This document shows, piece by piece, positions 14,601-27,132 of a DNA stretch of 64,000 nucleotides. Position numbers and translations under genes: made by a program. The stretch's first letter is position 1, and each line of letters begins with the position of its first letter. The notes beneath the pieces were generated by a model. It made no database searches. It worked only from the letters and a program-made list of their open reading frames with translations, and had not been told where the DNA came from. Origin of the DNA: Laetmonice hystrix (taxonomy: Eukaryota); contig OZ249436.1 in the NCBI GenBank assembly GCA_965235115.1, positions 39,434,001-39,498,000 on the forward strand, written 5' to 3'.

Positions 14601-17600
14601 CGGCCTTTTGACAAGTAAAGGTTTAGTTATTGTTTAAAAAATCTCCTGCGGCCTACTTTAATTTCCCAACCAGAAGGAAAGCATCGTTTATCAAAAACCA
14701 ACATGTCTTTTCTAATATGTTAAATCATTTTACTACATACAGGGGAAAAGTCGTCTAGTGGGCCACCACCCTTTTCCTGAGCAGAACCTTGAATGTGTCC
14801 TTGTAATATGATTTTCTTTGCATATCCTACCCTTACGATCGATGTCCTATACTGACAGCCTCCATTAAAGGAAATATGTCACGGGGGGTATCGACCGAAA
14901 TCTTCAGTTTTCTGCTTACCTGCTCACACTGACGTACTTTATGGCACTGATTGTTTTTCATATTGATTCTGTTAACACATACTACGAGTAGACAGCTGTG
15001 AAATTCTCCCTAATGTAGAAAAATGAATAAAACTAGCTGCAGTATCCGCAAAGTGCGATGAATCCGCCATTTAGAAATGCCAAAGGGGGCAAAATTGTCC
15101 CCTTTGGCTGCCGCGAATCGTTTGAACGGGCGCCTTGTCATACTTGAGAGCGGTAGATTGCTTGGGGGGTTCGGTCAGGTTTGACACGTCGAGCTGCCCA
15201 GATGGATTAGCACATGGTTTGCTACCTTGATCCCTATGCGTCGCGGTTGAATGCACTCTACCAGTCCCACCTACCGCTCCCGTGCCTGCAGCCAGATCCC
15301 GTGGTCCTTGGTTGAAAGCCATGCCCATGGTAGACATCATCTGGCTGATGATTTCCACCTGTTTGGCCATGAGTTCTCTGTTCTTCGCATTGTCCTGAAG
15401 CAAAGCCTGCACTAAATCGTCCGGCTCAGGCTCATTTGCACGCCCCTGATCATTTGACAAATAAACGTCTGAGTCCATAGTTATCTAATCCGTGTCCAGA
15501 AGTGGGCGCCAATCTATGTCGGTGCCCTGTGCAGCCGATTTTAATTTTGCAGTCCTCACATATGCGCAATTGCCACCTCCTTTTGGTGGATGCGTATGTC
15601 CACACTCGGAACATTTTTGCAGGGTTCTTTGCTTCGGCATCTTGTCCAAACACGGAAAAGTCCAGGTCCAAAAATTGCGTGTGCTCCGTGCAGTGTCGAG
15701 GAGTGTGCTGACCCCGGTGGCGCGAATTAGAACGGTCCAGCTCCGCGACTGCCCCCTGGCGTCGACGGCGGGAAGCACTGCACCTCCCTTGGATTTATTC
15801 ACAGTTAAAACTATAGTTTTATCATGTTCATAAAACTAGCTGCAGTATCCGCAAAGTGCGATGAATCCGCCATTTAGAAATGCCAAAGGGGGCAAAATTG
15901 TCCCCTTTGGCTGCCGCGAATCGTTTGAACGGGTCCCATGATCACGTGACTCTCGCTGTGATTACTCGAGATGTAAACAGTGGGACTATAATGGCCCATC
16001 CGCCGATCGTGTGAAAAGGGTGCAAAGCACAGCCGACTGCAAATCCCGGGGTCCCGGAATCTAAGTGTGTCATTTTCAGTGACCGCATTAAGAATTGGCG
16101 ATTTTCTTTTACAAAATACCGGCCAAAGGTATCCTACATAAACAGGTAGGGGACCTTTGGGGCATATCAGAGAACCGCAATGCAGACATATTTTTGCTGA
16201 AACACGACGTATTATTTGAAATTCGTGACATATTACCTTTAAATCACGTGGATTCCCGACTTCTGAAAGCTCACACGTGAATCTTGTGGTACACTAATAG
16301 ACAAACCCGGAAAGGGATGTTTCTCTTTTGAAAACTTCCAGATTTAGAGACATCAGTAACGTACACACACATTTCAAAATGTTGCACAAACTAAAGTAAA
16401 TTTCCATTGACCTAATGATAATTATGTTCTCGCCTGAAATTCCGTATATTTTCCAACCTTTATGTCTGTAATCCGCCTCTTGACTTTGCCTGCAGCGGTC
16501 AAAGTCAGAGACGCGAGGCCGCAGAAAATCGCTAAAACCTGTTCCGTCATCTGTGAAATGAATTTGTTTCAGGGGAGTTGTAGGGATTGCCAAGCTACCA
16601 AGGAAAGTATTTAAGAATCTGAGCAAGAGCTTGGCCTGTAGATAGTTTTATTAGAAGAAAAACTTCTAATCTAGGATTTAGATCGTTGTAGTTATAATAG
16701 TAGCGTAGCACATTGTGTGCCATAATATTGTGAGAGTCGCCTATTCGCCAACGCTGTCCCCAGTCTGTGCTGCCTTCCCCTAACTTTTTCTTTGGTTTTC
16801 CCCCTTCTTTTTTTTTTGTTTTGTGTTTTTCTTTCAATTGATATTTCGATATGTTTATACATTCATGTACAAAACACCCGACAGGACGAGAAACCAACAC
16901 GTTCGAGACACAGTGTCAGTCGGAGTTTAGAATTTGTCACATGTGACGGAAGTCTTGTCAAATCATAACATCCCACTTCCATCCCACGTTCTTCCTCCAC
17001 TAAAGTAACCAAATTAAATCTTCCTGTGCGGTCAGTAAAATGCTCCAAAAAATAATGGTCAAACAACAAATTTCGGTGCCACTAATATGTTTTATTAATA
17101 CGTTTGCTACACAATGCCATATTTGGTTTGACAGTCGCCAGAAATATGAGGGGGGGGGGAGAATTTTACATTAAGATTTTAAGGAAAGCGGCCGTATACA
17201 GACTAGTCCCCATGCCATGTTTTGTCTGTACAACATTCTCTTATTCCGACTGAGTCGGGAGGAAAGAGTTTGTTTTGTCAACCTTAAAGCTACTATGAAA
17301 CCAAATACTTTCGCCAACTTAGTCATAAACATGATGGCTACGATTGAGCTGTTGTTTCTTTGCTTCGGTTTGGCTAATGATGGATTCCGTTCTTTACATG
17401 CCCCCATTTAACTACGGGTAGTGATGCCTAAGGCCGTGTTCACACTAGGGAAATCTGCCGGCAAATACCCGCTATAGCGGGAGCGCGCCAGGTGTGAACG
17501 CGCTAATACCCGAGGTAAGTTACCCGCGGTAAGCTGCCGAGATACCTCGGGTGGAGGGAAGGAATAGCTCTGCCGGCAGAACTCTTACCTCGAGTATAGC

Positions 17601-19330
17601 TGTAATGTGAACGCGGGATTTGCCGAGAGCAGCCACCAGGGGGCATTACGCGCATGGTTATCGCTGAAACTCGCGCGCAAGTAAATGAGTATATGAATAT
17701 TTTGATCAAATCCTTACACTTTACACCTTCACCGAACACCTCATTTTGATTTATATTGCATTCTCCTAAAAGTAGAGCCCCCCCCCCCACCCAACCAACC
17801 TCGCAACCCCCCCCCCCCCCACTGGATTAAATTACCATGTGTGTCCAATAAGTCAGTTTTCATGCGACGTATTTAGTTCTAATGAAGTTTATACATAATT
17901 CCAATTTTTTTCAAAATATCATGTGTAGGTTCCTCGGGAGCTCACTGTCGCTGTTCCTCGGGAGCTCACTGTCGCTATATAGCGGCAAGAAAGTTCCCCC
18001 GGCAAAGCGTGGGTAGCCTGAACGCTGATCTTTAGGCCAGACTTAATTAATATTTCGGTTTTTTTGGACAGAGAACAAGGTCGGTAAGGAGGGGGAAAAA
18101 TGGCAATTGACTTTTTTTAATCAACTTCTTATTTACATTGACAAATTAAGGTTGGTATAGGTGGTAAAAAAATGTATGAATCGGAAGGGTTTCTCGAAAT
18201 AGAACAAACAAATCAAGTCATTTGCAAAAATATGTTTAATATGAATTTACACAAATTCTGTCTGTGACATTGCCCCACAGACCATGTAGCTCTTTTATAG
18301 TCAAGCAATTTCAGCATATAAATATGATATTAAAAAGCCCCCGCAACAGAATATTAAAATTTAAAAATTATCCCAGCAACAGGCACTGTCGGCGGGGACA
18401 AAATAAATAAAACTCTGGTCTTTAACAAAATGGTTGGCGGGCGCGTAAACCGAACTATTAAAAATGTTGGCCTTATCAGACCTTATCATTTCTGTCGGCA
18501 GAAGCTCTCCCGGCAACTAGGTGTGAACACGGCCTTAGTCTTAGGGTAATGGATATTGTCCATTTCTGATTATTTTAAAAGGAGCATCAACTATTAAATC
18601 CCGGGTCACGCAGTATTTTAAATGAATCCATTTTTAGGTTTCATACAACATGTACATGTGTCGTAATACTTGAATTCTCTCCTATGTATCGTTACATTAT
18701 ATACCTCTTCACTTACGTTCTATATTTTCACACAATCTTTTTTGAATCACTACAGGTCTTTCACCGACAAGTTTCTACAGTGGCAACAGAGGTTAGTTTT
18801 AACATTAATTTTATTGATTTGTCTATTTGATTTTTTTCTTCCAGCTTTGATCAAGTTTTTTTATTCTAAGATTTTAACTTATTTAACTTATTTCGATACG
18901 CGCGATTCCCCCTTTTTACTTCTTTTTCGTGGGGGAAAAGTGACTAAATGAGTAAATGAATAAATGATCTCGGAAAATGGCTAATAATTATGTCTAACAC
19001 ATTCGACATTTATACACATCATTGTGTATTCGGTTGAGCGACAGTGGCCCAGACTGGTCTATAGTCTCTATAGCTGACGACCACAAGGCATCAAATCACC
19101 TTAGTACCGTAGGTTTCTCACGGGGTTTCTTTCCTAATCGTGTTGTAAAAATGTACGAGAGGGTAATACCACTCGCTGTCTATCTCACAGCGATATTTCT
19201 TACATATTAAACACCAATAAAGTTGCTTTTCGCGTACCACAGGCCGCGGACGCACTTTGAGTCGGAAACCTACAAGTTGGTTCATGAGATTGAGGACGTA
19301 CAAAAGAAGTACCGAGGCGGCAACCACTGA
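805..19330 (+). CDS. PDZ + Zasp-motif (ALP/Enigma/Zasp family-like) protein, 5'-partial; join(805-956,4606-4705,9748-9860,10518-12913,13333-13510,18756-18791,19243-19330)
   Basis: All junctions are GT-AG and in phase; 3063 nt give one open frame ending in TGA. Exon 1 is the C-terminal half of a PDZ domain. The motifs VQSKSFRTL and SETYKLVHE resemble conserved ALP/Enigma/Zasp linker motifs. No LIM domain seen. AATAAA at 19822. Confidence 0.7.
1374..1717. mobile_element. MITE with TTAA TSD (Kolobok/piggyBac-type)
   Basis: ttaa|AGGGGCACATATT...AATATTGTGCCCCT|ttaa. Confidence 0.7.
4606..4705 (+). CDS. linker exon of PDZ/Zasp-like gene
   Basis: cgtag|G...GAG|gtgggt; phase 2 in and phase 0 out fit both neighbours; AEVTIQSPPSTPQPRKASEKAKGSASVPTGQTE. 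Confidence 0.65.
4937..5448. mobile_element. MITE with TTAA TSD
   Basis: ttaa|AGGGAATATCTCAC...GTGAGAGGACCCCT|ttaa, imperfect TIRs. Confidence 0.55.
5461..5651. repeat. (AAT)n/(ATT)n microsatellite
   Basis: Read directly; the repeat switches strand near 5597. Confidence 0.97.
5722..6326. mobile_element. MITE with TTAA TSD
   Basis: ttaa|AGAGACGCGTCAC...GTGTCGAGTCCCT|ttaa. Confidence 0.55.
7336..7677 (+). repeat. GC-rich interspersed repeat, inverted copy at ~45910-46225
   Basis: Shared core ...CACATTTCAGACCTTATTTTGTGCTCTAAGATGCACCAAATGTCACCAAATTACACTATAAATTTC... on opposite strands. Confidence 0.85.
8692..8874. repeat. two-copy ~95-bp tandem duplication
   Basis: GGGGAAGG.GACAC.GTCATGTTTTGATGT...GTCCCTATGAATAG occurs twice. 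Confidence 0.85.
9390..9585. mobile_element. MITE with 8-bp TSD and internal telomere-like (CCCTAA) repeats
   Basis: ataaaatg|GGTATATTCCCCGTGGTAACTTC...GAAGTTACCATGGGGGAATAACC|ataaaatg; related inverted copy at ~22222-22345. Confidence 0.75.
9748..9860 (+). CDS. linker exon of PDZ/Zasp-like gene
   Basis: tttacag|GAG...CCAG|gtaggt; ELQPVEDDDSSSVLSLQSLQPAMTTHNIPHSDDEATS; its phase-2 end joins the 840-aa ORF in frame. Confidence 0.72.
10518..13044 (+). CDS. giant low-complexity (S/P/T/Q-rich) exon of PDZ/Zasp-like gene; either spliced at 12913 or read through to TAA at 13044
   Basis: 840-aa ORF with acceptor cttacttcag at 10517; internal phase-1 donors at 12913 (AAG|gtaggt) and 11992 (CCG|gtaagc). 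Confidence 0.85.
13333..13510 (+). CDS. proline-rich exon of PDZ/Zasp-like gene
   Basis: tcattcag|TG...CTC|gtgagt; LQPAALGRPFTQQPGEPQVQEAQPIIPGPPMGALPGPPPPGMEMAG...; GC-rich island in AT-rich flanks. Confidence 0.7.
14010..14130 (-). mobile_element. degenerate LINE ORF2 3' remnant
   Basis: SFFPRGVREWN matches the SFFPRTI..WN.L C-terminal motif of CR1/L2/RTE-like non-LTR elements. Confidence 0.5.
15028..15933 (-). mobile_element. two identical 103-bp Helitron-like 3' ends (15028-15130, 15831-15933) flanking a gag-like fragment
   Basis: On the - strand each copy ends in a small hairpin plus CTAG followed by T-rich sequence; the copies are offset by 803 bp. Confidence 0.65.
15131..15640 (-). 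pseudogene. truncated gag/ORF1-like fragment (probably from a DIRS/tyrosine-recombinase retroelement)
   Basis: MPKQRTLQKCSECGHTHPPKGGGNC (C-x2-C-x3-H-x7-C). The two track ORFs are one frame split by a single TAG at 15485-15487. A coiled-coil-like stretch follows. Confidence 0.45.
17431..18535. mobile_element. MITE with a nested second MITE at ~18033-18474
   Basis: ta|AGGCCGTGTTCACACTAG...CTAGGTGTGAACACGGCCT|ta; the inner element has AGGCCA...TGGCCT ends, like 47576-47967. Confidence 0.75.
18756..18791 (+). CDS. 36-nt exon of PDZ/Zasp-like gene
   Basis: ctacag|G...GAG|gttagt; phase 2/2; SFTDKFLQWQQR. Confidence 0.55.
19243..19330 (+). CDS. terminal exon with Zasp-like motif
   Basis: accacag|G; PRTHFESETYKLVHEIEDVQKKYRGGNH*; SETYKLVHE resembles SEVYKMLQE of ALP/CLP36. 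Confidence 0.7.
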
Positions 19331-22300
19331 CCACCCCTACTGCCACTACGGCCAATCCCGATTAAGATGTTCTCACACCTCCAACTATTATAATAATGTC
19401 AACGTGTACAAAAACCAGGTAGAGAGACATTAGTCCTATTCTCTGTATCAGGTTCTACTTAAGTAAGGGCAATATGTTCATGTAAATAGACAGATGTAGA
19501 CTTACAAGAAATGTACATTTCTAGGTACGGAACTATAAAGATTTGCTGGAACCTTTTGAAATTTCTGAACCTTTGTGTTTCTCAGATTTGACTTTGCATT
19601 GCAGATTGGAACCATTGACCGAGTAGTATACATTGTACCGCTACAGTTTCCCTTGAAATCCAATACAAATGACATCGCAGCTAATTATGGTCAATTCTCA
19701 TGTAAGGCTTTAAAAGTTGGTTTGTGCAATATGAACCCTATTGATTCTCGTATTGTATTTAGCGATTTTCTATTTAAATGGGTATCTCTAATCAAATGGT
19801 TCTGTTTTCGTGGTGCTGGTAAATAAACACTATGTGTATATTTGAGTGTGAGTTTTTACATATTTTCAGTTACGAATTGAAACGACTGACATTCAGTGTT
19901 TCTGTGAAATTCCAGTTTTTTTTAGTGATGTGATTTATTTAACTGAGGCCTATGATGTCTTTGTTATTGTTTCGACTTTCAATGTGATAATGGAATATAT
20001 TATGTTAGAAAATTATGCAGCAACCTGCAAAAGGAAACTGGAACTCCTCTCAATTGAAGAGGGGCACGACTTTTGTAGAATGACTGCTTCCGTCAGCGAG
20101 ACGTGGAAGTATAGCTGCAGCCGTATACAAACAATATAATATTATACAAATATGGCTGAAGGAATGCATCAAAGTTAACCAGTCAGCTCGTACGCTGTTT
20201 GACATGTCTTGTAGGCTGACATGGGAAGCCAATCAACTTTCTTTTTAATCAAACTGAAAGCGGTAATGGTTTTCTGGGCTTCCGCACCAGAGGTAAACCG
20301 GTTAAATTGTTTTGATTCGGCCGAGGCTCAAGGGCTAGTCCACCCGAGAGTAAATCTCGACACTTTCTCTCAGGTGAATCTCAAGAGAACTATTTCCTTT
20401 CCACATGAAAGCAAAATACGTACATATCGAGAGCAACTATCAGTGACTGCCTGACTGGCAGACCGAATGATGGCAAGGCTACATAAGCTTTCGGCGATGC
20501 GTCCACCTGAGAGAAACGGGTCTCGCGACAAGCTTTCGAAAGAGTTTTATTACCGGTACTTTCAGAAGTAACTTGAGACTTTATCTCCGAGATCAACTTC
20601 TGAGAGAAAAACTCCCAGGCATAGGCGCCAGAAGCGGGGGGGCAGGGGGGTCGACCGCCCCCTCAATAATCTGGTTGGGGGGGCATCGCCCCCCCCCCCC
20701 CCAATAATCTCTGAACATGAATGAAAAAAGGCAGGTTTTTCCACATACAGTAGGCCTGTTGAAACCATGACTTGGGTGCTTCGAAGAGTGGGTCGATTGT
20801 CCTATTGATACATTGTAATCTATTCATTCACGCCATCAAAACATAAAAAATCTTACCTCAAAATGGTGTAGAAAAGTGTTTTAGGCCGTGTGTAGTTTTC
20901 AAAAATTTCTCGGGGAGGGCATACGATCCTGCTTGTTGTAGCCTCTGACTTTCGCTTCAGCTCTCTTGCCCCCCCAATAATAATTTGCTTCCGGCGCCCC
21001 TGCTCCCAGGTGGTTTAGCGCCCTTACACTGTGAGCTTTTGGTATTCAGGTACAGGTTGACTGAGTGAGACGTAAAACAAAAAGATCGAATGTTTTTCCA
21101 CAGTTTTAATAGTACACATAGTACATGTTGTAGTTCTATATATGCTTCAAAGCAGAAAGGAATATGTTATTCCGTAAGGGTATAGGCCTACTGGAAGAGA
21201 CAGCACCAAACTGAACACAGTCTAAGATATGAAAACATATAATTCTCTGTGTATGTGTTCACTGGTAAGCCACCAGTCGACCGATGGCACAGTGGGACAA
21301 GTCATTGTTGTTGCCAAAAGAAGGACCCAGGCCAACATGTTTACACCTTATCACAAACATTAGAGTGAGACCTACACAACATGATGGAAAGCGTCGATAT
21401 CTATTTTTCCCAGGCCCGCCACAGAACGACATGTCATCTGGTCTGACTGCTATAATTAGAAGCGTAGGACTGGAAAAGGCGAGATATGTCGAATCGTCAA
21501 TCTGAATTTCCGGAGTAGGCCTATAATAATAATACTATTTTTTAAATTTTGATTAGTGAATCAGGGCAGAGGATGCACACGACTCATGTCATTTAAACTA
21601 GAATATTTTGGTTTCTCAATTTTTATAGAGCTCTTTCAGAAAAATGAATTTTAAATCCCCCCTCCCCCCTTAAATTAGGTTTCACCCCATGTTGCAGAGG
21701 CCATGTAAAGAGATGGGCCTCTGTTGGCAGGGGCACTGCTATAACTCGATATGTTATGTAATAATACTACTTGGATTCTCATTGTGTAACGTGAGCCCCA
21801 ACTGAAGGAGTTTTGTTTTGTTTTGTGAAGACGTAGGCCTACCTGTCACATCGTCCGCTGGCACTCGGGACTCCTTGATCCTGGTGCTTTCCTTCAGAGT
21901 GCCTATTTATTTCTCTATTGAATTCATCTCCAGGACTCTTAAATGTATAGCGATGCATTTCCTATAGCCTGGAGTTGTGTGCCGAAGTTAGCATTGGTGA
22001 TGACCCGGGCCCTATGCCGTCAACATGGGGGTCTGTAAAGCACAAGAGGTGATGCTATACGAAAAAACTTAATCATGATGATAATGTTCATTTCAAAAGA
22101 ACTACCCAATAAATTATTTTTATCAGTTTTGTATGGTGTTCATGTCTGATTATTGTACCGGGGAAAAGGGGGCCGAGCGCCCAAACCCCACCCCATCTCG
22201 AGGTGGGGGCTTCCACTAAGCTGGTTATTCTCCTATGTTAACTTCCCCACCAACTTTTGGTCAGGGGTTATGGATAAGGTCAAGGCTATGGATCTTTACT

Positions 22301-23320
22301 TTCGACCAAATTTTGTGGGATTTAAATTACCACGGCAGATGTACCCCTAAGCTTGGTATCAGATTAAGCATGCAGGCACGGTAAAAATAGATAAAATATT
22401 AATATTTTGACGTAATAGTCTATTCGCAAAAGGAGATTGCAGTTGTGGAGCACGCGTTTGGACGAACCAATAAGAACTCCTATATAAGCCATAAGCAAAA
22501 AAAGGTGTTTAATAAGTGATTTGGGGCTGGTTCAAACGAATTTTCAGCGTCTTTCCCAGCATATTTAGGTTACTGGATGAAGGTTAACAGTTTATGTAAC
22601 TTAAAGTGTAGGCATTATATCTAACGAAAATAGGCCTAGAAGCCTTTGTGGTAACGGAGAAGCCTATATCATGTTATAAGACACCTCTCTATGTGTTTTC
22701 TATTCACGTGCCAACGTTTTTTTGCTTATCGAAAAGTGCTAAAATGACACGCTTAACCATGCAGGGCCGCAAATTGGAAGGAAATTTGTCCGAAGCGAGC
22801 TACATGCGGCGGGGGGTCTGGAGGCCTCCCCCAGAAATATATTAAATTTGGACGGCTAAAAACCCCATTTCCCGGCATCTGCAGATGAAAATCAAAAGCA
22901 TAGATTATGGGTATACACTGAACAAAATTGGGGAGATTGATGATAAAAAGTCGGCCGACTCGGAGAAATGGGGCAGTGTGACCCCAGCATAACCTATAGG
23001 CCCAAAATTTTCTTTGCTTAGATTTGAGCAATATTATTTCTTCTTCTTTTTTTCTTTTTTTAAATATAGCCGAGGCTGCTTCAATGCAATGTCATGGGAA
23101 GTTACTGGCCTCCGGGCCTGTCATTACAGCACACGTGCCCTGGTGGCAAAGACCTGAACTGATAGTGACCGACCTGAGGCCGTAGGCCTGTAGGGCTACG
23201 GGTCGAAGAGGTGAGTTGCTTGTCTCGCAACAAAAGACAAGCTTGCTGCGTCAGTTTGTTTCGCTGACAAACTGACGTCAGTTAGTTTGTCTGGCTGGGA
23301 AAGACTAGCCCAGCTAGTCT

Positions 23321-23820
23321 CCAAAAGTACGCATAGTTCCTGGACCCACAGATAATTTGTCCCTACTCAGTTGGGGGCTGTGACTCCGACGGGGTAAAAA
23401 TTGAGAGAGAAAACCATGAATTTCCATGAATTTAACTAACCTCTAAAGGTCAATCAAAGTCAAGCATATTTGCAATTGCCTGTATCTATAAAACACTTCG
23501 CGCCGGATAACGCTATCAAACTGTGCATAACTGACCTCTAAAGATCAATCAAGGTCAAGCGTATTTGCAATTGCCTTCACGCCGGATAACACTATCAAAC
23601 TGTATACATAACTGCATAGTTACTAAGATGCAGACAAAGTACATCTTCACGCCGGATAACGCTATCAAACTGTACATAACTGCATAGTTACTAAGATGCA
23701 GACGAAGTACATACGGTGTTTCATTTGACAATATTTTCTTTGCCCCTCAAAGATCAATTGAATCGTTTTTTCAAGAATCCTAGGTCTTGGTGGGGGCTAT
23801 AAGCTTCACAAGCTCGTTTT
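23321..23820 (+). repeat. interspersed (Helentron-like) repeat, second copy at 43796-44199
   Basis: CCAAAAGTACGCATAGTTCCTGGACCCACAG... to ...GCTTCACAAGCT; internal ~70-bp subrepeats. Confidence 0.85.
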
Positions 23821-24810
23821 GTATTATTTCGGACTCCACAAAGACATTTAGGGGGTTGCTAATTGCTTGAAGATAGACCAGCTATCAAAACGTGCAATTA
23901 ACTTACAGTCGGCGCATCAGGGAGGCCCCAAAATGGAAAAAAACAATGCCGGGAATAGATTCTTCATGTCACATTTGGTCGAAAAAGTCCTATCATACGT
24001 GTTACTAGCCCAAGCAGTTCAATAGTTACATTTTTCAGCATGGCCACTGGTGGCCATCTTGGATTTCAACCGGGAGGAGGCCTCCAAATAGCATAATAAT
24101 GCCAGAAATCGGTTCCTCGTGTGAGATTTAGTGGAAAAAGTGTTATTATACATGCTTCTATGACATCGGAATCGAAACATACAATTTTAATATGGCGACT
24201 GGCAACCATTTTAGATTTCGCTCTTTACCGGAAGTAGCTGCCATTCCTAGGTTGCCAACAAGTTTGTATTATTTCGGACCCCATAAAGACATCTAGGGGG
24301 TTGCTAACTGCTTGAAGATAGACCAGCTATCAAAACCTGCAATTAACTTACAGTCAGCACAATTCTCGGTCAATGCTGACTTCAAGAGCACTGATAAAAG
24401 ATATTTTCAAGCTCATCATTGACAGCCATCTTGGATATCAGCATCAAGGAGGCTTCCAAATGGAAAAATAATGGCGGGAATAGATTCTTCATGTCACATT
24501 TGGTCGAAAAAGTCCTATCATACATGTTCCTAGGCCAAGTAGTTCAGTAGTTACATTTATCAGCATTTTTCTTGGATTTCAACCGGAAGGAGGCCTCCAA
24601 ATCAAATAATAATACCAGAAATGGATTCCTCGTATGAGATTTAGTGGAAAAAGTGCTATTATACATGATTCTATGACAAGGGAATCGAAACATACAATTT
24701 TAATATGGCGACTGGCAGCCATTTTGGATTTCGCGCTTTACCGGAAGTAGCCGCCATTCCTAGATTGCCAACAAGTTTTTTTGTATTATTTGGGACCCCA
24801 TAAAGAGGGG
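23810..24810. repeat. diverged tandem duplication with ~450-520-bp unit
   Basis: TTTGTATTATTTCGGAC.CCA.AAAGA recurs at ~23818, ~24263 and ~24780, with colinear sequence between. Confidence 0.85.
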
Positions 24811-27132
24811 GGTCGCTTGCTTTCATCACAAAATGCCCACGGGACTTTATTTCATGCAATATGCTCCCTGACTATTAGCCCAATTAAAAACGCCCTTTTT
24901 GAACCAAAGCATTTAATTTTATTTTTAACCAGTTTTAATTCGGCCTTTGATATAGGCAATGACCAATGGGGCATGAGGCCCCCCCTAGGGGCGTCTTGCC
25001 CCGGAGGGGGTGAGGGCGTCTTGCCTCACAGATATATTTTTTTACCGAGGCGAGCGTGACATAAAATCTTTGGCGGGGATGGTCGAATTCTTTGTCCCTA
25101 TTTACAGATAATTAGGGTGATTTGAGGTAAACTGAACCATCAGAAAAAGCGAACCAGTGAAACTGTTCCCGCCCCCTGCACCATCAAATTTTGTCGAGCA
25201 CCAGCACAGCTGCACGCTCTTCTGCATGGTTGGAAGGCCAACGATGATTCATAGTGACTATCGCTAGGTGGCAGCAGTGAATGGCTGATGACACAACGGC
25301 CCCGTCATTCGCGGCAGGTGACCATTTTCGCGGTTTTTGCAACAGCCACATTTTCTAAGCCTGTATTTAGGCTGTACAAATCACAAATTATTCAGTAACA
25401 ATGAATAGTCAAGGTGACCTATTTCAGCCTGTGAGATGAATCAATACTAAAAATTTCAGAGCTCTACTTCTTCTGGATCAAAAGTTATAAGGTTTTGAAG
25501 ATGACATAAAAAATAACACGCGAAAAAAAGCTTGCGAAATTTGCACCCCCAGGCATGTTGAAAGTGTCATATCTTCAAAACTATTGGATATTTTGCCGTA
25601 AAGTTTTGCAGGGCTTCATAATATATGTTGTAGTACATGTGTGATGTCAGATGTGATGCAATAAATTTGATAAATGTCGACTGTTTAAAACCAATGTATC
25701 AACATATCTTACTACTTTAATTGAATTAGATTGCCTTTATGTGGAAAAAAAATCATGTCTGGTCCTTGTAGGAAAGGCTGTCCCTGTAGTTTCTGTCATC
25801 TCCGTCACGAGTGTGTTCAAAGCACCCTCTAGCGGTGTGGTGGTCCTCTAAACTAATCACGTGATATGGAACATCATCCGTCTTCGCGCCATTTTTTATG
25901 TCGGTCACTTTCATTGAGCAGCCAGTGACGTTCATAAAGATATCTTGAGGGCTTTAGATGCAAAACTGGTTAGTAACTATGTTTATTAGTTGTCATCTCC
26001 GAACGTTTGAGAACGTCCATAATATGTCACTGAAAGTCAAACTTTTTATATGGGAAATAATTTTATGATGGTGTTTACTCAGCAACCCCATGCCAGCTCG
26101 GCCTGTATGAGCTAAGGCATTCGAGAACGAGGCTCCTTTTCAAAGATTTGTCATCTCCGTCACAGTCATCTCCATCACTTTTCAGATGTGACGGAGATGA
26201 CAGTACTGTGACGGAGATGAAAGATTGTGGGGAAATTCATAAACCGATCTTTTTAACATTAATGTATGTTTCGGATCCTTAATAGGCCTAATTAGTTATT
26301 GTCATTTCTAAAGGCAATTATTTTTCCCTTAATTGACATCCCATTTCCACCCCATCCCATTGGTCACCGTCAACATCAGAAAACCCCTCCAAGTGTGACT
26401 GCCATGCCGCTCCCACCCTGGTCATCTCCGTCATGCAATTGGTCATCTCCGTCACGCCTTGGTCATCTCCGTCACATAGGCTAGGCCTTTTGTTTCTGGC
26501 CAGACTAGAAATCTCTTGGTAGTGTGACGATTGGGCTGGGGTATGACAGTTGTGTGTGCAGTCAGCCATGACTGAGTATACCTCTCCACCCGGCCGGCCA
26601 GGGTCCTTCTATGTTTACCAATAGTGAGCTGTTCATTGGTCTCAGACTCATGATTATGCTTACACCCCAGTATACCTATAAGGGCCAGTATTACCAATGT
26701 CAGTCGAAGAGTTGCTCTGAGGCCTCCATACAGACGGGACGTCGAAGCCCCGTAACACCAGCCATCTGCTACCACCACACTCCACAGGACATCAGAAAGG
26801 TGACCACTATGGCGAAAAGGTATGCTACTAGACTTGCCATTTGGTATATGCCTTTATATATTTAGGAGTCTCTGACCCTCAATAAGGCAATGATCAGGTA
26901 ATAAGCGTGTAGTAGAAACACGTAGTGCCTGCATCATTGGCGGGATTTAGGTCTCCACAAGTTAGATTTTATGCCCAGTAACATTGTAGTAAACCATCTG
27001 CCTAGGGAGAAAAGGTTAAGGACCATATAAATGCCATGATTAGTTGGCATAACATGGTCCAGATACCCAACTTCTCTTATTTTATAAGGCCAAGCATCGC
27101 CCCATAGAGAGGCTAAAAAGCCTTGATTAATA

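Noticed and set aside
21277..21480. tRNA-derived SINE (A-box TGGCACAGTGG)
   Set aside because: No convincing B-box, tail or second copy in the window.
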